The notes under the pieces are model-generated. The model did no database searches. It was not told the origin of the DNA and saw only the letters and a program-made list of their open reading frames with translations. From Macrostomum lignano (Eukaryota), in contig NIVC01000197.1 of assembly GCA_002269645.1 (NCBI GenBank), positions 372,001 through 436,000 of the forward strand: a stretch of DNA of 64,000 nucleotides. The letters are read 5' to 3'. Position numbers and translations under genes: made by a program. Below, one piece after another: positions 11,551 to 23,461 of this stretch. Each line of letters begins with the position of its first letter. Position 1 is the first letter of the stretch.

Positions 11551-13173
11551 GGTGTTTGATCATCTGCCGGCGCCTGCAGGTATTATTAAAAATTATTAAA
11601 TAAAACTCCATAGGGAGAAACAGGGAAAGAATAAGAAATTACATGTTAGCAGACATAGTTCATGTGCACTTGTTATGGTAGTTTAGTTTTGCAAGTAGCC
11701 ATTGGTAAGACAAAAGGGAGAAGTGGCAGGGGATGCCCTACTAAGTAGCAACTTCATTATATTATCACTTAGCTATATGAATATTGAATAATTTAAGTGT
11801 AAATATATAAAATGGTAGAGTGAGATATAAAGTGGCATGATCAGCATATATAGTGATTGAAAACTAGAAGGGTTAGGATAAATTGCAAATGAGAAAAAGA
11901 CACAATTATGCAATATAGAAATATTCTTTTTGATCTTATTGATATGTAATAATAGAACACTGCTAGAACTCTCTAGATTTTTATTATAAAATTAATTAAA
12001 TTAAGAATAGAGTTATATTATCTTAGTATACTAATATCTACAGTATAGCTACATAACTAATTTTATCTCTAAACTATAATGGCCATTGACATTTTGTTCT
12101 CAGACTATTTTGCATCCAAACCAAAATGTTCACAGACCAGTTTAGCCATATTAATTGCCAAGCCATATTCAAGAAGATGGCAATAGGCCTATTTTTCCTG
12201 TGTATAGTCTGTAGTATAGTGTATAGTCTAACATATTGGTACATAAAAAATAGTTTATACTTTGGCATATAAAAGTTTAATAAAGTTAAATGACAAAAAT
12301 TGAGTTTTTAAAAAAGTAACAAAACCAATTTTGCTATATATAAAAATGATTTTATGTGTTTTACATAAATTATTTTTCTAATTCTAACCATCTATTTTTT
12401 GCAAATTGCAACTTAAATATACAATAAAAAAGTGTTTTTATAATTGATTATAATTAAAAATGTTATCTTAATTAGAAAATTACATATAGAAAAGCTTAGC
12501 TCTGCACTGTCTATTCATCAGAAACTGCAAAGCCATGGCTAATTGAACTAACATCTAAGGTCAAGGAGATTTTTGACTAAGAGCCATTAACTAATATAAT
12601 AAAATATGAGCTTTATATTAAATGTTTAAAATGCCCTTTATTTTTGTGGAAATAATAATAGAATCAAATGGCTTAGGGCTAACAAATGTTTTAATCAGAA
12701 TAGAGTGCCCTTGCCTTATTAGGCCCTAAGCTGGAACTTGGAACCTTAGTCTTTTACTCAACTCAATGAACTTTTTAGACCTTAGTCTTTCCCTAAAATG
12801 AAATTAGAAAGAATTTTGGTGCATAACTTTAGTTTTTTGGCATATACTAGTGTGCAATCATCCATTGCCAAAATTTCATTCTAGCATCAGCATGCACTTG
12901 CCACCTTCCTAACCAAAGTATGGTGTATGGCTAGCAAAAAGCATTGAATTTAAAATAATTATTTCTAACTATTATATTAAACTATATAAGAATTATTTCT
13001 TCAATTTATCTATTACTTTTATATAAAATTAATATTACTAATGATGGTATGGTGCTAATGCTAAAATTATAATCATTGTTATAAGAAAAAAGAACATGGC
13101 AGAGTAGTCTCAGCCTTGTACTTGTAGTTGTAGTGTTAGTTAGTGCTACGCATTTTTCAAGTTCTTTTGGTTC

Positions 13174-13215
13174 AAAAATGACTCCTAAGTACTTTAATTT
13201 ATGCACTTTTTCTAT
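13174..13215 (-). mobile_element. Possible decayed non-LTR retrotransposon RT relic
   Basis: IEKVHKLKYLGVIF resembles the [IL]ExVxxFKYLGVxI motif at the end of CR1/L2/RTE RT domains; no other RT motif seen nearby. Confidence 0.35.
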
Positions 13216-16200
13216 GTTTAGATAATCAAAGAGAATTTGTTCAGTCTCCTGTGTATCCTCAGTTTTTGTTCGTTTTTGTCTATGCATACAATGCACAGAT
13301 ATAATTCTTTCTGTAATGTTAAAGAAAGATTCGAAACATTTCGAAGAAAGATTCGCTTTCAAATTTTCGCCAGACTCGCCCATAAACAACAGTAGTCGTA
13401 ATTGTCGTTGACAGGAAGTAATGCTCCATCAGAAGAAGCTTCATTATTAGAAGAAGAAAAGCAAAGTGTATTTTTTCCTTTGCTTGCTGCATATGTATCG
13501 TAGCCTGCGGCGGCATAGCCTTTATATTTTTTGCAAGGCAATTTAGCAAAAAACATAGTAAGGAATCAAATCGTACCTGCACACGTAATCGACTCATCGA
13601 CTTATCGGAAAAAAAAACTCTTCCTTTAGACAGCCATTCGAACTAGTATTTTAAACGTAGAAAATCTCTGATAAAAAACTTTGTATTTCAAAATTTATTT
13701 AAGAAGTAAAAAAGCCATGCATGCAACGTTTTGCTTCTCCTTTGAACAAGTACATGATGAACATGCAAGTGAGCTAACTGCGACTGCGGCGTCCTTTATA
13801 AACGATATAGTGAAGTCGTCCTTGGTTAGTACATGCACATGAGTAACATGCCATGCGTATATGTATGTTGCACGAAATTTCTTGCAGAGTTAGTGGAAAA
13901 TTTTATTGCCTCATCGCGAATTATTTACACAGCTACATGTACATGTACGTTCATACAACACGCACCTATAACAAACTAAGGAGAAAAGCACTAGATCTAA
14001 TATTATAAAGAGTTCGACTCTGATATCCACAATTCAATTGATATGTCATGCAGTGCAGTGTGCACCATTCACAGATGCATCCTGTTGCTCTGTTTTAATC
14101 AATAAACGCATTGCATGAGCAGAGAAGTGGGAGAGGCTGCATAACACGCAATATTTTTCTACTTCTGTTTATGTGCATTGCCGAGATTTGAGCCTGCAGC
14201 TCCCAAAAATGCGCGACATCCACACTCCGACTGCATCCATTCCTTTTCCCTCTGCAACACTTCTGCTACTCCACCCTTTTCCCTCTTCCTTTCTACTCAC
14301 CCCATATCATCTATTCCTCTCTTTATTCCCTTGCCTTTCTGCCCCCTCTGTCCTGCTGACACAGCAGATTCAGTTGGGAGGCGAAATAGGGAATGGAAGG
14401 GCGGCTGCTCTCAATGCTGCAGGCCCCCCGTGCGCTCCCCAAGCCCTTAAAGTCGTAATCCTTCCCTTATTTTTTCCCTCTCTCCACACGGCAGCATACA
14501 GGATCTCCTACAGCAACTGCTATATACTGTAGCCAGAATATACAGGCAAGACGGTAGGGGGGAGTTGGTCAATGTTATATGTAGTGGGGAATTCCCCTCT
14601 GCCCCACACTCATGCAGCCCCTCCTCCCTGTCCAGGGGACTAAGGTCGAGCGTATAAATATATATATACACATACACATGCGCGGCACAGGGGCATATAG
14701 GAAGAGTTGAGAGCTTGGGGAGCTGAAAAGGACTGGAAATAGAGGACCACTGGCGGCAGCATATTTGGCATGGAGGGCGCCATACAGGGGGCAGTGTTGT
14801 GGCAATAGCAGAAGGGAATGATGGGGCTTGGAAGGCAACTGGGGGATACAGGGGGATAGCAGCATGCAGTGGAGGAGGAGAAGAGGAGGGGCAGTCGAGT
14901 CTTTCACTCTCTCTCTCTCTCTCTTCACCAGTCTCCTTCCTAAGCCTGCATCCCCTGAGGGACTGCAACCCCCCTGACTGCGCCCCCTGCATGGCATCGC
15001 TTCATTCCTCTATTTCTTGTCCTCCAAGCCTATATGCGAAAGCTGCCCGCTGCCTAGCTCAGTGCAGACTCCTTTCCCCCTCCAGATTGACTCAGCTCCG
15101 CGCTGAGCAGCAGTTCAAGGAAGGGGAAAGCTGCAAAGGGGGAGAGGGGCTGGTGTGGAGCGGAACAAAAATAACTCTTCCTTTAGACAGCCATTCGCCC
15201 AAAGCTTCCTTTATCTGGCCCACTCCTCTCTAACCTTAAATCCCCCATCCCCTTTCCAGTTCCCGTTCCATGTCCGAACTGCCTCCTTGTATAGGAAAGG
15301 AAAAAAGCGGAGAGACAGCGACAGAGGGAGGAGGAGAGAGAGAGAAAAAACGAAGAGTTGTTCGGTGGGTCGGCCGGCAGGGCGGATTTGGGACTGCGAC
15401 TTCGGGGATTTGGAATCGGCGGGGAGGATTGGGATCCCAAAAAGTCGCTTGAGGCAGAGGGGCGAGAGAGAGAGAGAAAATAAGGAATTAGGGAAGTGTG
15501 GCAGATTGGGGTGGAGGGGTGAGGGAAGAGCTTCAGAGCGAGTGCAGTCAGTCTCCGTACGACTGCACCCTCCTCGCCACTGTCCCGGCCAGTGTGGGTT
15601 GTCATGACTACGGCGCATTGATTGACAGAGTCCCCTGCCTCTCCGTGTACCGCAGTCCAAGCCTCTGTCGCTGCCCCCACAGTATGCCTCCCTGTCGCCC
15701 TCTGAACACGAGGAGAGGCTTGCTGCCCCGCGGCCGCCAACCTCAAGCTGATTTCTTCTCGCTTCCTCTGCCCGGTTCTTTGCGTCCTCCTCCTTTCTTG
15801 TCCCCCCCCCCCTGCCCCCAAGCGGGGGATAGGGGAGAACCGGGATTGCCGGGAGCTGATTGGTGGCTGGGCAGGGGACACCGCACTCGGGAGGGGGGAT
15901 AGGAGAGGGTTCCACGGCGACTCCTCTCTCCCGGCGGGACCGAGCGGGCCGGCATCTTCTCCCGTTCGCAAGCCCAGAGCAGGCCGTCGCGGGAGTCGGA
16001 GCACCAACTCAGCTCTTGCCTTGCGCTTTACCCAGATCTTCGAGTCGCAAAGTAGAGAGCGATCGCGCCAGGCCTTCTCCCAAAAGGAGCCCTCCTGTTT
16101 TCCTTACTCTCGTCCCGCTCCGGCAATCGAGTGAGGCCCGAGCGCTCGCACCAGGGCCTTGCTTGCTCCCCTCCCCAGAGCCTGCACCCTCACTCCGCAG

Positions 16201-16786
16201 CTCCTTGGCTCCCCTCCGCTAAGCACTCACTATACTACATTTTGTCCCTCCCCCACCCTCATCTACCCCGAGCCATCATCTTCTCTCTAATATCCCATCC
16301 TCTTGCCTTCTCCTCCCATCCCCTTTTTGCCACTCTCTCGAATCCTGCGCCTCGAATGCTTGCCGCCGAAGGAGGCGCCAGAGCGTACAGCTAAGCAAGC
16401 AGAGCGCAGTGCGCCTCAGCCGGTGCCGAGCATCGCTTCCAACGCCCTTCCTCCCCTCCCCCTTTATCCCCCTTTTCCTGCTCCTGACCACTTTCATTCT
16501 CCATCCCCGTAGGTCATAAACAAACAACGGGACTGAGAGGTCTCATTTCTATCTACTCAGCTACTCATCGGGCTCAGGTCAGTAACCGTACCAGCAGGAT
16601 TGCTAGCAGCCGGCCTGTTTCTATCTGCATCGTTGTCTCCTGGCTGCAGCTAAGCGCCGGTGGTACCAGAACTGAAGCTCTGAATGGCCCAGCGAGTCGG
16701 GTAGGCCAACTCTGAGCGGACACGACAGCGCATCTCTTCACTGAGTGCCGATTCGTTTCAATCGCAATAATTTTTTTCTCGAAAAA

Positions 16787-17254
16787 ATGGACTTCGAAGT
16801 TCCACATGGCATGCAAGGACCGCCGATGTCCTCCATGGCCGGTCCTTCGCCCAACAGATACCTGCAGCAGCTGCCGCCGCCTCCGTCCCCCGATTTTGGA
16901 CCACCGCCGCCGCCGCCGCCGCCACCGCCACCGCATTCGATGGGCCCTCCGCCACCGCCGCCACCGCCTCCGTCGCAGATGATGCCAGGCCCAGGCTGGG
17001 GATGCGGACCGCCGCCCATGTGTCCGCCTGGGCCGCCGATGCACCCCCATCCGCATCACCACCAGCAGCAGCACCATATGGGCCCGCCGCCGCCTCCACC
17101 GCCGCCCCCTCCGCATCAGTCGCACATGCTGCCGCCGCCGCCACCGCCACCGCCACCCGGCGGGATGTTCTTCCGACCGCGGATACCGCCGTACGTGGGC
17201 ACGCCGGATGTCCGCATTCACGAGATGAACAAGCGGCTGCAGCAGAGGCCGGAT
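16787..17254 (+). CDS. LDB1: LDB exon 1 (Pro/His-rich N-terminus, start of dimerisation domain)
   Basis: ATG 16787; ends DVRIHEMNKRLQQRPD|gtgagc; the start codon choice is inferred. Confidence 0.85.
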
Positions 17255-17347
17255 GTGAGCGAAACTTTTCTAATCTCTCTCATTGCAATCGAATTTAAAA
17301 AACTCGTACTCAAATTTATGTTGATAAACTTGCCCCGGAAAATGCAG

Positions 17348-17459
17348 GGCGACTGTGACGGACAGAACCTGTGGTGGGACCAATTCGCCACCGAATTCTT
17401 CGAAGATGATTCCGTTATGACAATCCAGCTCATGCTGGAAGACGGGCCTAAGCGATACA
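17348..17459 (+). CDS. LDB1: LDB exon 2
   Basis: NLWWDQFATEFFEDDSVMTIQLMLEDGPKRY matches LDB1 NLWWDAFTTEFFEDDA...LEDGPKRY. Confidence 0.96.
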
Positions 17460-17591
17460 GTGAGTCTGCAGTTGCTTTGAAATTCCACAGCTTACCGGAC
17501 CAAAACTAAATCACCTTAAAAACATCTCTCCATCTATGAGCTGAACCAAAATGTAACTCGAAGACTTCAATCAATCACCTCGGCAACTTCC

Positions 17592-17790
17592 TGAAGAATC
17601 AGTCTTTCACCCACCTTGAAAATCAGTCCTTCACCCACTTTGAGAATTAGTCCTTCACCCACCTTGAAAATCAGTCCTTCACCCACTTTGAAAATCAGTC
17701 TTTCACCCACCTTGAAAATCAGTCCTTCACCCACTTCGAGAATTAGTCCTTCACCCACCTTGAAAATCAGTCCTTCACCAACCTTGAGAA
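17592..17790. repeat. Intronic minisatellite, 24-bp unit TGAAAATCAGTCCTTCACCCACCT
   Basis: Directly visible. Confidence 0.95.
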
Positions 17791-17810
17791 TCGCCAGTAC
17801 ACCCACATTG

Positions 17811-18089
17811 ATAATAATAATATAATAATTGATTACACCTGCTCTGATGGGCAGATGTGCAACCGACAGCTCAGCCGCAGCTATTGCGCGGCGCATCTGA
17901 AGGCTGCGTGCGGCTGTTCAGTCCAGGGACTGGGGGGTCGCCACACACACCCTCAATTACCCCAGCTAATGCTGGCGATGTAGAGTTAAGTGCATTGCTC
18001 AAGGACACAAATTGTTCCAGTGGGATCGGGAATCGAACCCCGACCTTCAAGTCGTGAGTCCAACGGTCTAACCACTAGGCTACAACCCC
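17811..18089 (-). mobile_element. tRNA-derived SINE, copy with full head and an internal CORE deletion
   Basis: Minus strand GGGGTTGTAGCCTAGTGG (A box)...GGTTCGATTCC (B box); body matches 3737-3993; (ATT)n tail. Confidence 0.88.
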
Positions 18090-18271
18090 TGTTGGCTACA
18101 AACCTTGAGCAGGCTTACTATAGCTCGCATGAATCTTGCAAGTTTCATGATCAAACTTCTCATTTGGCTCTCCAGCATTGCTTAAACGAACACTTCTACC
18201 AGTGTCTCGCAAACTTCCTCCGAAGACGTCGATCAGCGAAAACAACCACAACAACCCCCCCCCCCCCACAG

Positions 18272-18570
18272 CAATCGGCAGGACGCTGATTCCGCGCTAT
18301 TTCCGTAGCATCTTCGAGGGCGGCGTGGTTGACCTGTACATATTCCTAAAGAACGCCAGAGAATCTTTGCACGGACCCACCCTGACGCTGGACTGCGAGC
18401 GAGGCGAGATGCACGCAACGCACGTGAAGCCGGTCCTGACCAACGTTGTTACGGAGGGCCGCCTCGTTCTGGATTTTGCGTTCGACGAGCTGATGCGCAT
18501 TCGCGGCTGGCTGTTCCAGATACGCAGCTGCAGGGAGATGATTCCCAGGCAGGTTATGTGCGGTCATCAG
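18272..18570 (+). CDS. LDB1: LDB exon 3
   Basis: TIGRTLIPRYFRSIFEGGV...TEGRLVLDFAFDELMRIRGW...REMIPR; donor CAG|gtgagt. Confidence 0.96.
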
Positions 18571-18814
18571 GTGAGTCAGGTGGCAAATCGAGGGCAGCAT
18601 AATGCTTGTATGCTTGGGAAAGCCGACTACAACCGGCCTAAGAAAGGCTGCACTTCAGTTGATATTAGAAAGTTTATTATTACTACCTCATGCATAGAAA
18701 CGTTAATTGGGACATTTATCTATCCATAAACCTCGGGAGAGTTATTGTAACTCTGCATAGACCATGGGATAGTAACCATTCCTCGATCGGTACGTACCCA
18801 TATACCCATCTACT

Positions 18815-19510
18815 GACCTCGGAAGAGTATCAGAACCTCTCTAATTACCTCGGAAGAGTAGCTGTACCTCTCTATTGACCTCGGAAGAGTAGCTGTACCT
18901 CTCTATTGACCTCGGAAGAGTAGCTGTACCTCTCTAATTACCTCGGAAGAGTAGCTGTACCTCTCTATTGACCTCGGAAGAGTAGCTGTAACTCTTGACT
19001 TACTTGACTTAGCTGCAGGGGGCTCCATGCGTCCGGAAGCAGCGAGGAGGCGTTGCCACCCATTTCGCTAACCCCTGGCGACCACGGGCAGCTAGTGCTG
19101 CGGTGTCGCGCAGGGAATTCTGGTGGTGCCGGTGTCCGTTGCGCGGTCCCTCTCCGGAGGGTCCAGGAGGTGGATTGTCGCTCGCCCGGTAGCCCTTAGG
19201 TAGCGGACGAGCTGGCAGAGATTCTCGGGCCTGAAAAAGTCGGAGAGGTCCGGGTTTGGGCCGAGGTAGGTGAGCCTGTCCTGAGTAAAGGCGAGGCAGT
19301 CACAGATAAAGTGCTCCGCATTCTCGACACCGGAGAGGCAGAAAGGGCATTCCTCAGAAAGGGAGTTGGCGATGCCTGGCAAAACAGCCATGACCGGAGA
19401 GGGCCATGGTCACCGCCCTGATGTCCCTGTGGTTGAGTCCAAGCAGGGCCCTGCGCAGGGTGGAGGGTAGCTGTACCTCTCTAATTACCTCGGAAGAGTA
19501 GCTGTACCTT
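18815..19510. repeat. Intronic minisatellite, 31-bp unit GTAGCTGTACCTCTCTATTGACCTCGGAAGA, interrupted by a LINE fragment
   Basis: Copies at 18815-18990 and 19467-19510. Confidence 0.9.
18991..19466 (-). mobile_element. 5'-truncated non-LTR retrotransposon 3' end (I/R1-group-like), frameshifted
   Basis: [12 protein letters not shown] followed, after a frameshift, by the zinc knuckle [18 protein letters not shown]; TAAGTCAAG-type repeat tail; GTAGCTGTA on both sides (18982-18990, 19467-19475). Confidence 0.82.
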
Positions 19511-19725
19511 CCCGAATTCCCCGAAAGGATAACCTATCCATAGAAATATCAAAGTCCTCCCATAGACTTCAGAAAGGCACCATGGATACCAGACAGGTAA
19601 GCATCATCATAGATATCGGTAGCATGCTACCCTCAAGACCATGTAAAGCGATGCTTTCAATGAACTTAGCTAACTTCCATAGGCGCGGTAAAAACATCTT
19701 ACGTACCGCTTATTAAACCTTTCAG

Positions 19726-19927
19726 GACATTCATATGCTTGAGCAGATGGCTAAGAACGTCACTCGGCAAGGTGTCACGTGTCACACTCTGCACTTTCTG
19801 CGCCTCTGTGTCATCCTTGAGCCGATGCAGGAGCTCATGAGCCGCCAGAAGGCGTACGGGCTGCAGCCGAGAGACTGCCTTAAGACTACGCTATTCCAAA
19901 AGTGGCAGCGCATGGTGGCTCCACCAG
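19726..19927 (+). CDS. LDB1: LDB exon 4
   Basis: KNVTRQG...LRLCVILEPMQELMSRQKAYGLQPRDCLKTTLFQKWQRMVAPP. Confidence 0.96.
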
Positions 19928-20011
19928 GTTCGACAATTGTTGCAGTGCCCTTTTAGGAAATCACCGAAATCTCTAAATCTCAGTGCTCTTGTCTGAAATC
20001 CATACAACTCG

Positions 20012-20293
20012 TCTACCTCTCCCTCCAGACACCCTCTCCCAGCCCTCCCTATAGACACTCTCCCAGCCCTCCCTCCAGACACCCTCTCCCAGCCCTCCCT
20101 ATAGATACTCTCCCAGCCCTCCCTCCAGACACCCTCTCCCAGCCCTCCCTATAGACACTCTCCCAGCCCTCCCTCCAGACACCCTCTCCCAGCCCTCCCT
20201 ATAGACACTCTCCCAGCCCTCCTTCCAGACACCCTCTCCCAGCCCTCCCTATAGACACTCTCCCAGCCCTCCCTCCAGACACCCTCTCCCAGC
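20012..20293. repeat. Intronic minisatellite, 50-bp unit made of two related 25-bp halves
   Basis: ATAGACACTC recurs at 20051, 20101, 20151, 20201, 20251. Confidence 0.95.
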
Positions 20294-20409
20294 CCAATGG
20301 CACACTAACCGATCTCAGTAGAGTATCGTATCGTACGTAGTTTTGTCGCAAAGCATTTCAGCAGAACCCTGAAAGCGAGTCCTCAACCCCGATTTCTCTT
20401 CGATCCCAG

Positions 20410-20600
20410 AGTCAAATCGCCAGCCAAGCAAGCGAAAGAAGCGCAAAAACAACAACAGCAACGCAAATAGCGGCGATGCCGCTGGCGCTGGCGCTGGCGG
20501 CGGCGGTGGAGGAGGCGGAGGCGGCGGCAGCAAAAGCAAGAAGAAGGCTTCAGCAGCAGCAATGGCGCCAGCTGCAATTCCTAACTTTGCTCAGCCTGGG
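20410..20600 (+). CDS. LDB1: LDB exon 5 (NLS)
   Basis: cccag|ESNRQPSKRKKRK...; donor GGG|gtcagt. Confidence 0.88.
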
Positions 20601-20681
20601 GTCAGTGTTGGTCATTGTACTTTTATCAATACTGTCTCAAAAACCGCGTGTACATGTCCTAGCCCGCTCAAACCGCCACAG

Positions 20682-21237
20682 GACGTGATGATTGTCGGCG
20701 AACCGACTCTAATGGGCGGCGACTTCGGCGAAGAGGACGAACGGCTCATCACCCGGCTAGAGAATCGCCAGTTCGATCACACAGCCGCGGCGACGTCTTC
20801 TTCCTCGCATTCGAGGCACCCGGCGTCGATGTCTATGGAGCCTCCGCCGCCGCCGCCGCCGCCGCCGCCGCCTCAGCAGTCGCCGCACATGATGCAGCAG
20901 GGCCCGATGCTTCAGCCGCCGCTGATGCCTCATCCTCATCAGCAGCATCCTGGCCAGCTTCACCATCAGCACCAGTTAATGCAGAATCAACAACAGCACC
21001 AGATGCTGCCGCCGCCCCATCATCCACAGTTTCCCGTGTCGTCCTCGACTCCAACGTCGATGATGATGGCGCCACCGAGCCTGTCAATGATGATTGACGA
21101 GTTTGGCGGGGGGTGCGGCGGGATGCTGCCTGTCAGTCAGCAGCAGCAAACGCCAGTAGGTAGATTTACCAGTCTGCTCAATCATCAGGATTCGAAGCCG
21201 GGGACGCCTGTGCAAATGCCTCCCTACTCAATGGCTG
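20682..21237 (+). CDS. LDB1: LDB exon 6 (LIM-interaction domain plus P/Q/H-rich segment)
   Basis: [32 protein letters not shown]; donor G|gtgagc. Confidence 0.92.
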
Positions 21238-21255
21238 GTGAGCAAGGTCAAAAGT

Positions 21256-22006
<751 letters not shown>

Positions 22007-22030
22007 AAATTTCTTTTTCCATCCCTGCAG

Positions 22031-22623
22031 ACTCTCCGCTAAGCGGCTCAAAGTCGTCCGGCTTCGCGAGCGCTGGCAGCGGCTGGTCATCGTCAATGCT
22101 CGGCTCTTCCGACAGCGGCATCATGACGCCTCCTCCGCAACAGGTGTCGCAACCGCAACAGCAGCAGCAGCAGCCTCCACCTCCACCTACGTCGTCTGCG
22201 GCGCCCCCGGCGCCGCCACCACCGGCGCCAACGCCGCAGCAGACGCAGCCGTCTACGTCAGCATCATCCTCATCCTCATCATCTTCATCATCTTCATCTT
22301 CTTCTTCTTCTTCATCAGCGTCGTCGTCGTCTTTGCATTTCGTCGGCAGCGGCAGCGGCTGTGCAGGAGCTGGCGGAGTTGGGGGCAGCGGCGTCACCAG
22401 CAGCGCAAACGGCAGCAGCGTCGTTTTGGAGTCAGCAGCTGTCGACAGCAGCGGCGGCGGCGGCAGCAGCGGTGGCAGCAGCGGCGGCAGTGGGCCGGAT
22501 AACTGCAGCTCAGAGAGTCCTCCATCGTCCACTTCAGCTGGCGGTCCGACTGCCAGTCAATCGCACGAATCATCCGGGGCCGCGGCCGGTGTGGGACTCG
22601 AACCCACGGCCATCACTGCGTGA
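22031..22623 (+). CDS. LDB1: LDB exon 7 (S/G/Q low-complexity tail, stop codon)
   Basis: Pyrimidine tract plus ctgcag acceptor at 22030; phase matches exon 6; TGA ends at 22623. Confidence 0.78.
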
Positions 22624-23424
22624 CCTTCCGCCGTAAATTCTACCCTAAACAGCTCCCAAAAAATTATCAGACCCGATCTCCGTCGGATGTTCCATCCAGT
22701 GGCTGCGGTCGGCGGTTTGTTGCAGATCCGACGGCCATCCACGCAATCTAGCTTGAGCATTAGCTTCACGTTCATCGCCGAGTGTAAGTATGTACCTGTT
22801 GTATTCTAACGCTGCACTCAGTCTGCACGATGAGGGATCAACTCGGTTTTCAAGTCCGATTTGCTTTGAATCACATTCGAACATAAGCAAAAATGCAGAA
22901 CGCCTCGCACCTGTGCTTTGATGTCTTGTCCACGCGCCCGAGCTGCACTGCTCTCTTCATTCTATGGTAGCCATGAATGCAGTATGCCATATCGTAGCAA
23001 CTTTTCAATTTCAACTTTGTTTAAAAACACGTTTTGTCCAGTATTTCTCAATGCTCTCTGACCGAGAGGAGCCGCAGGCAAACCCCGTGAGCTCCGGGCC
23101 TCACCATTGCGAGTCGTGTCGCTGTGATTCAGCTTGCTCCCTCCCTGCAACCCCGTATTCCTTAAATGCTGCAATTACAGCTGAACATTTTTTAATATTC
23201 GTTGGATTTGCCTCCTTATTGATGCTTCTCTGAGTTCCCATTCCTAATATTGCTTCAATGCCGTTTTTGTGTGAGAAAGGAACCTTTATCTGTTAAGGTT
23301 TACAGGTAACACTGCAATGTAAAATGTTGGGTTTTTTGACAATTCCTTGATAGAATGGAAGCTTATGGCTGCTGTTTATGGCTTGTACACAGTTCTCTGT
23401 GCCTTGGGCTAGCTCTCACGGGCC

Positions 23425-23461
23425 AGATAGAGATAGAGATAGAGATAGAGATAGAGATAGA
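23425..23461. repeat. (AGATAG)n microsatellite
   Basis: Directly visible. Confidence 0.85.

Noticed and set aside
14170-16700. Overlapping 80-274 aa ORFs upstream of LDB
   Set aside because: GA/CT-rich low-complexity promoter or 5' UTR-like DNA with no recognisable domain.
17990-18089. tRNA gene candidate
   Set aside because: It continues into a body and tail shared with 3737-3993, so it is a SINE head rather than a tRNA gene.
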